DNA of 63,409 nucleotides, counting the filler, from Chiloscyllium plagiosum (Eukaryota), in assembly GCF_004010195.1 (NCBI RefSeq). It is 5 parts of one record of this genome, joined end to end, with 100 filler letters (N's around TTAATTAATTAA, not from the genome) between each part and the next. Parts side by side here need not be neighbours in the genome. Positions count along the whole stretch, not along the records: positions 42,599 to 55,451 come from NC_057714.1; positions 55,552 to 61,386 come from NC_057714.1; positions 61,487 to 63,409 come from NC_057714.1; 2 more parts are not named here. The stretch is one strand, 5' to 3'. Shown here in pieces: positions 51,155-63,409 of this stretch. The notes under the pieces were generated by a model, which was given only the letters and a program-made list of their open reading frames with translations, did no database searches and was not told where the DNA came from. Numbering within the stretch: position 1 is the first letter of the stretch; every line of letters starts with the position of its first letter. The translations under genes and the position numbers were made by a program.

Positions 51155-52080
51155 CAATTTGGAGGTGTAGTGGACAGTGAAGAAGATTACTTCAGATTAC
51201 AATGGGATCTTGATCAGATGGGGCCAATGGGCTGAGAAGTGGCAGATGGAGTTTAATTCAGATAAATGCGAGGTGCTGCATTTTGGGAAAGCAAATCTTA
51301 GCAGGACTTATACACTTAATGGTAAGGTCTTAGGGAGTGTTGCTGAACAAAGAGATCTTGGAGTGCAGGTTCATAGCTCCTAGAAAATAGAGTCACAGGT
51401 AGATAGGATAGTGAAGAAGGCATTTGGTATGCTTTCCTTTATTGGTCAGAGTATTGATTACAAGTGTTGGGAGATCATGTTGTGGCTGTACAGGACACTG
51501 GTTAGGCCACTTTTGGAATATTGCATGCAATTCTGGTCTCCTTCCTATGGGAAGGATATTGTGAAACTTGAAAGGGTTCAGAAAAAATTTGCAAAGAAGT
51601 TGCCAGGGTTGGAGCTATAGACAGAGATTGAGTAGGCCATGGCTGTTTTCCCTGGAGCGTCAGAGGCTGAGGGGTGACCTTATAAAGGTTTATAAAATCA
51701 TGAGGGGCATGGATAGGATAAATAGACAAAGTCTTTTCCCTCGGGTGGGGGACGTCCAGAACTAGAGGGCATTGTTTAGGGGGAGATGGAAAAGATATAA
51801 AAGAGACCTAAGGGGCAACTTTTTCACGCAGAGGGTGGTATGTGTCTGGAATGAGCTGCCAAAGGAAGGGGTGGAGGCTAGTACAATTGCAACATGTAAA
51901 AGGCATCTGGATGAATATGAATCTGGATGAATATGAAAGGCATATGAATAGGAAGGGTTTGGAGGGATATGGGCTAGGTGCTAGCAAGTGGGACTAGGTT
52001 GGGTTGGTATATCTGGTCGGCATGGATGAGTTGGACTGAAGGGTCTGTTTTTGTGCTATACATCTCTATGATTATGACTC
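51155..52080 (+). mobile_element. CR1 3' fragment
   Basis: WQMEFNSDKCEVLHFG, LEYCMQFWSP; ctctatga tail. Confidence 0.93.
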
Positions 52081-54249
52081 TAATTTTGTTGAAAGGAAAT
52101 TGTTGAAGTAAGCTTCTATTCTATAAAATGATTTTTCCTTAACATCACTCCTGGAATAAGATACATTTCACAGATAGGAGCATCTCTGTTCAAACATTCT
52201 GTGAGTCAGCATAAGACCACAAAGTAATTTTCTCTGAATTATTTCTAAGTTGAAGAAAGCACGACCTGCTATGAAAAACATGTGTAAGGACAATATTAAT
52301 ATTCAAGCAATTAATGGATCCTTGGCAGACTGTTATGCTTTCAGTATTTCCGTATCTGTTCTTGGATGGATACATATTACCTTTAATCGATAATGAGTCC
52401 ATTTTGAGAGAACTTAAGAAACTCTGAACAGATTTACTCACTAGTTTACTTGCTGCATCTCTTTCATAATTGCTTTTTATGAGGAGAAAATATAAGACTA
52501 GAATTCAACCAACCGAATCAATCCAGTTTTATATCTCTATCAACAATTTGATTCTGGGAATCGAGTAACTAAGATGCCATTACAGATTAAGTTTTGTAGA
52601 AGCAGTTACATTCAATCAAGCAACATTCTAGCTTGTATTTAATTTAGCTTCAGGGCAAACTTGTCATGCACTTAATAATTCGATGGGGATGTCATGAAAA
52701 GTGATGGAATTATCCTTTTGCTGATGAAACCACAATCGAAACCCAATGAAAACTCCACTAAATGAACAATTTGTACAGAATCACTCTAAACAAATATTGC
52801 TCGCCTCAGAAACTGGGCAGATTAATCTTCATTTCACAAAAGCTTTAATGAGACAGTCTGACTATGATGTTGCCCATTCTCTTCTTTCGTAAGAGTTCCA
52901 AGGTCACTTCAATTACAGTTTGCCAAATTCATCCTTTGTTGAAATTACATTAGGCAAAGCAGGCAATGAAAGTGGATGGTAAAAGGTGATAAAAGAGTGT
53001 GATTACATGGGAAAATTAAGTCCTATTTTCTGTAGATGACATTAATAGCCTTCTATAAGGTCTTTCTAATAGATGTAGTAATTGGTAAAGTTTAGTAGGA
53101 ATTAATGACAATCAAGAGACGAGGTTTTTTTTGTTCTCGATCACGTAAAGTTTAACATGGCCCTCCTGTTGCAGTTTCCTTAGACATTTGAGGCCTTCAT
53201 TGGTGTATTATTATTCCTTTTCTTTTGTTATGACAAATCTATCCCTGATGGAAGCAGTACATTAGGAAAGTTACAATTTCTTTATCGTGGAAGCAGTACA
53301 TTAGGAAAGTTACAATTTCTTTAACAGGCTTGTGGCATCCATAACAGTTTTTAAGAAAGCTTGGAAAAGACTCTGAAAGAGTTTCTAAGGGGGATGTCAT
53401 TTTCTTACATAAAAAGAAATACTGTTGCATGGCTGACACAAGGGAGAGCTCAAAACAGAGGAGCTGGAGGGTGAAGCAATCAGTGCATTGAAGCAGAAGC
53501 AGAGAGAAAGCATTCAGAGACAGAAAGAGGTACACACCAAATTATTTTGAGAAGTAAATCTTTCAGGAAGAAGTCATTTTTCCCTCTTTGACAGAAAGGA
53601 AAACACAAATTCTTGAATGTGTTAAGTAATCTGGATAAAACAATTGAAAACCTTGAGGTGATTTGATTGGCTCAGAGACAAGCAAGAAGAGCTAAAGACC
53701 TTTGTATGCATAGCTGTAGCCAAACTGGGAATCAGGATGTTATTAGTTGTTTAGTGGAAAAAGAATTCTGGAAACTCACATGATCAGGACTGTAATGATT
53801 TGAGAGAGGGGGTTCATAGAGGTGTTGTCATGCTCATGATAATTGGATCTCTGAAACTGAGAGGTAAAAACGTTGCCATATCAGGTTTCTGGCATACCCG
53901 GCATGAATGAAAAACAACATATTGTGAAACTGTGTCAATGATGGGGACTGTTTGTGGTTATATATAAGGGATCTTTGTTGAATTGACTATTTACAGTGAA
54001 AGTCATTTTTATATTTTGAAGCATCATAACATCTAATCCTTCATTTCCTTTTCTGCATTTCCTTTGACATTGAAATCATAGCCTTCGCTTCACTCTCCTT
54101 CTCAGTTCTTCCTGTACTTATTTCCCAAACCGTAAAGGTTCAGAATATAAGTTTAACTTGTGGCTGACATTGATTTTTATACTGGAGCCAAATTTGATTA
54201 ATGTATTTCAATACTTTGCGCTTGAATTTATTCCTCCTCATGTGCAAAT

Positions 54250-55451
54250 GTGCCAGTGATAAAAAGAGAATCAGGGTGCTTGGAATAGGGATTAACATAT
54301 AGTGTCAATGGGCATAGATGGTTATCTTCACCAAAGAGGGAGATGCTACCCAGGCCATGGTGACGGAAGAATAAATTCTGTCAGTGAAAGGGTTCAAAAT
54401 TAATAAAGGGTTCAAAATTAATAAAGTAAATGTATTGGATAGACTATTGATAGTTAAAATTGACAAACTACTGGGACTGGACAAGGTGCATCCAAAATAC
54501 TTAAAGGAAGTGAGCATGGAGATTGTAGGGGCATTGGCCATCATCTTTCAGTTTTCTCTAAATCTGTTGGTGAGTAACAGAAGACTGGAAAATGGCAAAT
54601 TTTGCAGCCTTATTCAAGAATTGTATGGAGAAGCTCAGCATTGACAGACCAGACAGTTTAACTTCATTGGTCAGAAGCTCCTTAAACAATTACATGGAAA
54701 AATGTGAGTTGCTCGGGAAGGAAACTGTTGAGCTAACATACTGAAGGTTTTTGAAGAGGTAACAGAAAGGCTTGGTGAGAGTAATGTTGTTGATCTGCTG
54801 TACATGGACTACCAGAAGGCACACAACAGAACATAGAACATAGAACATAGAAAAATACAGCGCAGTACAGGCCCTTTGGCCCTTGATGTTGCACTGATCC
54901 AAGCCCACCTAACCTACACTAGCCCACTATCCTCCATATGCCTATCCAATGCCCGTTTAAATGCCCATAAAGAGGGCGAGTCCACCACTGCTACTGGCAG
55001 GGCATTCCATGAACTCACGACACGCTGAGTAAAGAATCTACCCCTAACATCTGTCCTATACCTACCACCACTTAATTTAAAGCTATGCCCCCTCGTAATA
55101 GCTGACTCCATACGAAGAAAAAGTTTCTCATGGTCAACCCTATCTAAACTCCTAATCATCTTGTACACCTCTATCAAGTCACCCCTAAACCTTCTTTACT
55201 CCAATGAAAACAGCCCCAAGTGCCTCAGCCTTTCCTCATATGATCTTCCTACCATACCAGGCAACATCCTGGTAAACCTCCTCTGCACCCGTTCCAGTGC
55301 CTCCACATCCTTCCTATAGTATGGCGACCAAAACTGCACACAATACTCCAGATGCGGCAGCACCAGAGTCTTATACAACTGCAACATGACCAGGGCTCCG
55401 GAACTCAATTCCTCTACCAATAAAAGCCAGTACGCCATATGCCGCCTTCAC
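54250..55451. mobile_element. Old CR1 (plus, 54250-54825) abutted by a younger CR1 3' end (minus, 54829-55451)
   Basis: GLDKVHPKYLKE; (agaacat)n tail and LEYCVQFWSP on the minus strand. Confidence 0.85.
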
Positions 55452-55551
55452 NNNNNNNNNNNNNNNNNNNNNNNNNNNNNNNNNNNNNNNNNNNNTTAAT
55501 TAATTAANNNNNNNNNNNNNNNNNNNNNNNNNNNNNNNNNNNNNNNNNNNN

Positions 55552-56089
55552 TTTTTTCCCCAGCACCCATGGTGTGTGTGTGCAGGTGTGAGACACAGTG
55601 AAAGACACAAAGTGCACGAATCTTTATTCAATTTCCACCACCAGGAAGATAGGAAAACACCCGGGTGGCCAGAGACAAACACTGCCCTTCACATCAAAGG
55701 GCAAGCACACCTGTTTTTTTTTCCCCAGCACCCATGGTGTGTGTGTGCAGGGGTGAGACGCAGTGAAAGACACAAAGTGCACCAATCTTTATTCAATTTC
55801 CACCACCAGGAAGATAGGAAAACACCCAGGTGGCCAGCAACTCTTATTTTTATTTTTTCCTTTTTAATTTTAACCCCACACTACCACCTAAGTGCGGTAA
55901 CTAATCTGGTTATATTTTTTTTTTATTTTATTTTTTTCTAAATCAAAATAGAGTTGGAGGGAGAAATGATGCACTCCACTCCCTGCGGCGACAACTCCTG
56001 TTTGTTTTTTTATTCTTTTTTTTTTTCTCCCGTTTATTTATTTATTTTTTTTCCCCTTTAACCCCCACACTACCACCTAAGTGCGGTAA
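55552..56089 (-). mobile_element. Head-to-tail stack of about five 5'-truncated Tx1 3'-end fragments
   Basis: Repeated blocks matching 25220-25490 (ORF2 end PQGVECIISPSNSILI, ggccac..gggtgttttcc, stem-loop taccgcacttaggtggtagtg), separated by A-runs. Confidence 0.8.
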
Positions 56090-56194
56090 CTAATCTGGTT
56101 ATATTGGTCAGCCAGGACTAGCCTAATTGGCCCAGGTTAACAACCCCAATCAAGAACCTCAGTTAATTAGGTCCACCTGGTTCCAATCGTTACA
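56090..56194 (-). mobile_element. 5' part of an LTR-like repeat ending at its TATA-like box, where the Tx1 stack begins
   Basis: tgtaacgattggaaccaggtggacc...gattggggttgttaacctgggccaatt...cctggctgaccaATATAAccag. Confidence 0.7.
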
Positions 56195-56199
56195 ATATG

Positions 56200-58462
56200 G
56201 AAAAAGATGGATCTGATCCAAAAGTTCAAAATCTAATTTGGAGTAAAGCACTTGGACAGTATTAGGCAAGAAACTTTCAAAAGTTGATTGTGGGAGGCCT
56301 TTAAAAATGAAATTATGAGAGTTCAGAGATAATATGTTCCTGTTTGTGTGATCAGCAAGGCTAGCAGGTGTAGGGAATGCTGGATGAATTGAGAAATTGA
56401 GGCTCTGGTCAAGCTCAAAGTAAGGAGATATATGTCAGGTATAGATAGCTGGGACTGAGGTGAATTCCTAGAGGAGTGTACAGACTGTAAGAATATACTT
56501 AGGAGGGAGATCAGGATGACAAAAAGTGTACGTGCGATGGCTTTGACAAATTGTGTTGAGGAGAATTCAATAGGATTCTACAAATACATTAAGGGCAAAA
56601 GAGTAACTCGGGAGAGAAAAGGGCCCTTAAAGATCAGGAGAAAGTGTGGACTACAGATGCTGGAAAGTCAGTAGAAAAGTGTGGCGCTGAAAAAGCACAG
56701 TAGTCAGGTCGCATCAGAGGAGCAAGAAAGTTGATGTTTTTGGCATCTTCCTTTAAGGGAATTCCTGCTCCCCTTAAAGATCAGTAAGGTTGCCTTTGTG
56801 TGGAACTGCAGGAGATGGGGGAGATAATAAACAAATATTTTGCAGCAGTACCTACACTGGAGTAGGACATTGAAGCTATGGAAATAAACACTGCTATCTT
56901 TTTAAAATGTCAGTATTACAGAAGAGGAGGTGTTGGTTGTCATTGTGTTTTAATACCTGGAATATATTCAAGTATATCCCAGAATGTTGTGGAAAGAGGT
57001 TGTTGGGCTTATTACTGAGATGTTTGTGTGATAGACATTCACAGATAAGGTGATGGAAGACTGGAGGGTGGCTAATGAGCCATTTTGTTTTTAATGAAAA
57101 GTGGTAAGGAAAAACCAGAGAACTACAGACCAGTGAGCCAGATGTTAGTGATGGGTAAGTTGTTGGAGGGGACTCTGAGCAACCAGATTTGTATGTGTTT
57201 GGAAAGGCAAGGACTGATAAGGGATAGTCAACATGGCTCCTTCCTTGGGAGGTCAAGTCTACTAGCTTGACTGAGTTTTTTGAAGAGGGGACAAAGAAGG
57301 TTGATGAAGTAGTGTGATGGGTATTGTCTATATGGACTTCAGCAAGGCAATATACAAAATTCTGTATGGCAGACATCTTAGCAAGGCTAGATCTCATTGA
57401 ATAAAGGATAAGCTAGCCAAATGGATATAAAATTTTCTTGAAGGTAAGAAACAGTGGTGATGAAGGGTCATTTTTCAAACTGAAAGCCTGTGACCACTTG
57501 TGTGCCACATGGATCAATGCTGGGTTCACTGCTTTTCTTTTTATATAAATAATTTGGATGGGAATATATGAGGTAGTGTTAGTAAGTTTGACAATGATAC
57601 CAAAATTGGTGATGTAGACAGTGAAGAAGATTACCTCTGAGTACGACAGGAGTTTGATGAGCCAATGGGCTGAGGAGTGGCAGATGGCATTTAAATTAAA
57701 TAAATGTGAGGTGTTGCATTTTATAAAGATAAACCAGGGCAGGATTTAACCAGTCAATGGTAGAGCTCTGGGGAGTGCTGCTGAACAGAGAGACCTGGGA
57801 TGGGGTGCAGATGCAGTATAGTGAAGGTGTTTGATGTGGCTACCTTTATTAGTCAGTGCAATGAGGTTAGGAGTTGGGATTTCATGTTGTGGCTATACAG
57901 GACAGTGGGGGGACATTTTTTTTTGAATACTGTGTTCAGTCTTGGTCTCTCTCTACTGCAGGAAGGACATTGTAAATCTCTTCTCAACCCTTTCATGTTT
58001 CACAAGGGTGTTGCTGGGATTGGAGGATTTGAGCTATAGGGAGAGGCTGAATAGGCTGGGGCTGCTTTCCCTGGATCGTCATAGAATGAAGGGTGGCTTT
58101 AGAGGTTTATAAAATCATGACTGGTGTGAATAGGATGAATAGTTAAGGTCTTTTTCCCAGGTTGGATGAGTCCAGAACGAGAGGGCATAGGATCAAAGAG
58201 AGGGGCAAGAGTTAAAAGGGAACTGAGGGGCAACACTTTTCTCAGAGGAAGGTGTGTGTATGGAACGAGCTACCAGAGGAAGTGGTGGAGGTGGGTACAA
58301 TTACAGCATTTAAAAGGCATCCGAATAGGTACATGAATAGGAAGGGTTTAAGAGATTTGGGCCAATAGTTGGCAAATGGAACTAGATCAGTTTAGGATAT
58401 CTGGTCAGTGTGGATGAGTTGGACTGAAGGGTCCGCTACTGTGCTGTATAACTGACTCTAAC
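56200..58462 (+). mobile_element. Decayed CR1 ORF2
   Basis: KPENYRPVS, DSQHG, YMDFSKA; 3' tail. Confidence 0.88.
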
Positions 58463-58602
58463 TCTTTACTTTGGATCCAAAGTTCCTTCAGCAACAAATA
58501 CTTGTTGCAGATGTGTCCACCCAAGTGCTCGATAGTTCCCACATGTTGCAGCAGGAATGCATGACCCACTCTATCATCACAATCATGTTTATCCTTTTTA
58601 AC

Positions 58603-59776
58603 TAAGAAAGGTGGTAAGGAAAAGCCAGGGAACTATAGATCAGTGAGCCTGACAGTGGTGGGCAAGTTGTTGGAGAGAATCCTGAGGGACAGGATGTACA
58701 TGTATTTGGAAAGGCAAGGACTGATTCGGGATAGTCAACATGGCTTTGCACATGGGAAATCATATCTCAAAAACTCAATCAAGTTCATGAAGAAGTAACA
58801 AAGAGGATTGCTGAAGGTAGAGTAGTAGATGTGATCTATGTGGACTGCCAAAAGGTGCTTGACAAAGTTCCCCATAGGAGACTGGTTAGCAAGCTTAGAT
58901 TTCATGGAATACAGGGAGAACTAGGCATTTGGATACAGAACTGGCTCAAATTTAGAAGACCGGGTGGTGGTGGAGGGTTGTTTTTCAGACTGGAGGCCTG
59001 TGACCAGTGGAGTGCCACAAGGATCGGTGCTGGGTGCACTACTTTTCTTCATTTATATAAATGAGTTGGATGTGAACATAAAAAGTATAGTTAGTAAGTT
59101 TGCAGGTGACATCAAAATTGGAGGCATAGTGGACAACGAAGAAGGATACCTCCAGAGTACAATGGGATCTTGATCAAACGGGCCAATGGGCTGAGGACTG
59201 GCAGATGGAGTTTAATTCAGATAAATTTGAGGTGCAGCATTTTGGAAAGGCAAACCTGGTCTCCTTCCTATTGGAAGGATGTTGTGAAACTTGAAAGGGT
59301 TCAGAAAAGATTTAAAAGGATTTTGCCAGGGTTCGAGGATTTGAGTTTTAGGGAGATGCTGAATAGGCTGGGGCTGTTTTCCCTGGAGCATCGGAGGCTG
59401 AGGGGTGACCTCATAGAAGTATATAAAATCATAAGGGGCATGGATGGGATAAATAGACAGTCTTTTCCCTGGGATGTGTGACTGCAGAAGTAGAGGGCCT
59501 CGGTTTAGGGTGAAAGGGGAAAGATTATAAAAGGGACCAAAGGGGCAACCTTTTCACTCAGAGGGTGGTACATGTATGGAATGAGCTGCCAGAGGCAGTG
59601 CTGGAGGCTGGTACAATTGCAACACTCAAAAGGCACGTGGATGGGTATATGAATAGGAAGGGTTTGGAGGGCTATGGGCTAAGTGCTGGCAAATGGGACT
59701 AGATTAGATTAGATATCTGGTTGGCCTGGATGCGTTGGACCAAAGGGTATGTTTCCATGCTGTATATCTATGACTC
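58603..59776 (+). mobile_element. CR1 RT/3' fragment with internal deletion
   Basis: [23 protein letters not shown]; tail ctatgactc. Confidence 0.9.
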
Positions 59777-61161
59777 TTATTTCTCACTTGTACTGTGAAT
59801 CACTAAGATAATGCAACTTTTTTTTTTAATTCCTTTTTTGTATCTAAGATTTGTACCTAAGTACTTTGTACTATAAGAGGTGACATTGTAAACTTTTCCC
59901 AGTATTCCTATGGTTGCTACTTGAGCACACATGATAAAATAGAATATTCTTTATCATATTTTAATTTATTTACTAGTTAATTATTCTAGTACCACTGCTG
60001 TTTACACTTTATTGTAATTATCTTTTACAGCAGCATCAATCTGAAAGTTAACAAGCTATTTCGAAGACAAAGAAAGACCTAGGGACCTCAATACAAATTA
60101 AAGGCCTCTTACTTTAAAGACTAGAAATACTCAGTCTTATTCACCAATCAGCTCCTATCCCAGCATTCATGTCACATTGCAGTTCATGATACTGCACCTC
60201 TGCTGCTTAACTTAACCCTTTCATGTCTCTCTGTAAAGTTTACATTGTGCAACAAATCTTTCGTCAAGTCTCTCTCTCCCCAAATGTCCATTTTCAACCA
60301 AGTTCTCAGATCTACTCACTCAGTCTCTGTCTCACTGAAGCAAAGTCTCCCTCACACTGACTATGCTCCTTAGTAGGTCAGCAGCACCTCTGAAACACCT
60401 CACACACCCTTTTAAATCCTTCTGATATCCTCGTTAATTAGTCGGGAAAGGGGGCTATGAAGTAAATATGAAAAATAGTGAGGAATTCGAGCAGCAATTT
60501 GAGGAATGGTGCCCAGAGTGTGTCAGGTTTGGACAAAGTAGCTTAAACTTAAGACTGCACCAGCCGATAAAGCCAGAGATTGCAAAATGACAAAAAGATT
60601 GAGTTAAGGGCAACATTTGTAGCAAAATGGATCAACTGTTAGGACAGTGAAACAAACATAACCTGATAGTCATTACAGAGATGTAGGCTGACAAAAGCTG
60701 GGTCCTGAATCTTAAAAAGGATTTGACATGAAATTACAGTAAGCTAGGAGAATGTGGGTGACGTCTGTCTGTTCTCAGTTCTATGAATGAAGTACTTTTG
60801 TGGTGTTACATTGTTTGCAAATGCATGTTTGGTGTGAAGGACATCACCAGTTTAGCCCAAGAAAAAGTGGACTGACTCTATCTATTTGGTGTGGTCACAG
60901 CCATTTCCCATTCAAAGGGAACACTTAGAATCAAATTTCATGGAAGGCAATTCAGGGTGCACCAGGCACCATGGCTTCCAGATTCAGCCTGGTTATCAGG
61001 TAACCCCCACCCATTTTCCCCTAACACCCCCCCCCTCCGCGACTCTGTCTCTTTCTAGCTGATAACCCTGGCCAGCCCATTGCTACTCTCATTCTCATCC
61101 ACCTCTGGAGTTATGACTGTAACTCTCCTATGATCTGGGACTTGGTTGGAAAATGTAACTT

Positions 61162-61602
61162 GGTAAAAACAATGACTGCAGATGCTGGAAACCAGATTCT
61201 GGATTAGTGGTGCTGGAAGAGCACAGCAGTTCAGGCAGCATCCGAGAAGCAGTAAAATTGACGTTTCGGGCATAAGCCCTCCATCAGGAATACAGGCAGA
61301 GAGCCTGAAGGGTGCAGAGATAAGTGAGAGGAGGGTGGGGGTGGGGAGAAAGTAGCATAGAGTACAATAGGTGAGTGGGGGAGGGGNNNNNNNNNNNNNN
61401 NNNNNNNNNNNNNNNNNNNNNNNNNNNNNNTTAATTAATTAANNNNNNNNNNNNNNNNNNNNNNNNNNNNNNNNNNNNNNNNNNNNAGGAAACACCACAG
61501 AAGCACTTCACAGGAGGCTCCCAAGCACTGAGAATGTCACCTAGACAGGGGACGAAACGTTTGCAACAAAAACTTCCAGCTCGGCGAACAGAACCACAGC
61601 AA
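61162..61602. mobile_element. Penelope-like pLTR fragments of two families flanking a gap
   Basis: 61162-61386 (minus) matches 23800-23985; 61488-61602 (plus) matches the reverse complement of 42136-42250. Confidence 0.8.
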
Positions 61603-63174
61603 CTATTCATGAATAGGTATTAAGTGAAATATTGCAGTAATATTATTATTGGTTGTTGACTTTGAGACCAACAATAATTTTAAAATTATTATTATCATCA
61701 CCTGATGAAGAGGCAGTGTTCCAAAAGCTTGTGATTTCAAATAAACCTGTTGGACCATAACCTGGTGTCGGGTGACTTTTGACAATTATAAAGCAGGGAA
61801 GTAGAACAAAGTGGCTAGCTCTGCTGAAGAACAACAGTCATTATGGGCTGAATGACCTCCATCTGTACTGTATAATTCTATGCTATGATACATGTACACA
61901 CTTCATAGAGAACATTTCACCAGAAATATTAAATTGTTATATTTGCCATATTGTGCTGATTTGAAATAAATAATTGCATTATTTATCTCGATTCCTTCTA
62001 TGTAGCAGTTCTTTTGTGTGATCCTGCAAGAAAGCTGGCCTCGAGACTGAGTTTTACAGCAATATTCAGTCAGTTGGAAACAGATCTTTACCCAGCCCAT
62101 AAACTCATTATCACCATCAGTATTCATTTAAATTCCATAGCACTAAATCTTGCTGAAGAACTTCGCATTCACTTCCCGAGCATCCGTCTGATGTGTGCCC
62201 CTGAGTTATCAATTATCCTTTTGCATATCCATCAGAGTTTTACAAAACACTATCCACAGAAACAGTATTCCCCTGTGCATCTTCTGCACTGCACTGGTAA
62301 GTGAAGTGTGGCACCTGAAATGAGTCCATGTGCGAATACTGATTGCAAATGACTGTGTTTACAGCAGAATCTGGGGTGTTAAGAGGACGGCTAATGGTTG
62401 GCATTGAGCTAGAAGACAGCATTTCAATCAGGCACACTTGATTACATTGTAAACCATAGCTTCAGTGCTTCACAAACTTTGCCAAGATATAACGATTATA
62501 TTAGTGCCTTAAACTCACTCCAAAGAAATTTTATTCTTCACAGGAACATTTGGAAGATGTGATGTATAATTTATCTTTATCCTTACAGTTTACTCATCTG
62601 GTTAGTAGCACACTGATTTCACAAATACATCCTTCATCTCTCCACTTGGAATTCTAATGGATCAAAAGGTTGGGTGAGTTCTAATGGATGGCTTCAATTA
62701 CTATTTCTGACCATTGTTTTAACCGCAGCTGCATTCAAAGTGGGCAGGAGCTGTGGGCTGCTCAGGAAACTAATTACAGAGGGTTGAACATGAAGCCTGA
62801 GTTCTCTCATTCTACACAAGAGCAGGAGATCCATAGGTCCGACCATACACACAACATCTGCATCACATCTGGATCACTGCCATCCTGCCACTGTCACATC
62901 ATATTCAGGGAGAGGCAAACGTACAAAAGTAAATCAAGTCCATTAAAGACTAAGTAAATCCTGGGAAAATCTGTCTCTCTAAATCCACACTCTCCAATGA
63001 ATCTGACACACCAAACCCTCTGACCATACACACCCACACCCCGCTCCCCTTCTATTTTATTTGATCGATTAAACAGGTTACATTCTTAGACACTAAAAGA
63101 TGCAGGTTGTCAATATCATCTACCATACATTCTGCAGATCACAATTCACTTTGATTGTTCATTTAAAAAGAGCA

Positions 63175-63409
63175 TTCTGGATTAGTGGTGCTGGAAGTGC
63201 ACAGCAGTTCAGGCAGCATCCAAGGAGCTTCGAAATCGATGTTTCGGGCAAAAGCCCTTCATCAGGAATAAAGGCTCCTGATGAAGGGCTTTTGCCTGAA
63301 GCATGGAGAGATAAGCTAGAGGAGGGTGGGGGTGGGGAGAAAGTAGGATAGAGTATAATGGGTGAGTGGGGGAGGGGATGAAGGTGATAGGTCAGGAAGG
63401 AGAGGGTGG
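63175..63409 (-). mobile_element. Penelope-like pLTR with a short internal inversion
   Basis: gggcaaaagcccttcatcagg at 63246-63266 is followed by its inverse cctgatgaagggcttttgcc at 63277-63296. Confidence 0.8.

Noticed and set aside
52168..52472. Faint resemblance of the upstream exon peptides to chorein-N / bridge-like lipid-transfer proteins
   Set aside because: Only a few scattered residues match by eye, which cannot be supported without a profile search, so no product is assigned.
55552..56089. CRISPR-like repeat-spacer array
   Set aside because: The units are variable-length LINE 3' ends with A-runs, in a eukaryotic context with no cas genes.

Overview
Vertebrate genomic DNA from a cartilaginous fish. 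The HE1-type SINEs and the CR1 and Penelope repeat content point to a shark. The window holds one complete protein-coding gene, NSUN6 (tRNA m5C72 methyltransferase), on the minus strand. I traced 11 coding exons with GT-AG introns from 33495 to 9719 (1428 nt, 475 aa); the PUA region and both catalytic Cys motifs are intact. Most of the rest is transposable-element debris: many CR1 LINE fragments, Penelope-like elements carrying minimal hammerhead-ribozyme cores, tRNA-derived SINEs, a decayed Gypsy element, LTR-like repeats and Tx1-clade LINE 3' ends. The most interesting signals concern the Tx1 family. (i) A full-length 5S rRNA copy is fused to the Tx1 3' UTR and flanked by a 15-bp target-site duplication (TSD). 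(ii) Two independent Tx1 insertions sit at the same position of one LTR-like repeat family, next to its TATA-like box. (iii) Truncated Tx1 3' ends are stacked head-to-tail, each preceded by an A-rich CAGG(A/T)GT-like motif, which suggests a target-specific retrotransposon that also inserts into its own tail. Decayed exon-like segments upstream of NSUN6 may be a pseudogenised unknown gene (low confidence). Five N gaps are present, four of them with an artificial TTAATTAATTAA linker. All alignments were made by eye, and repeat boundaries are approximate.
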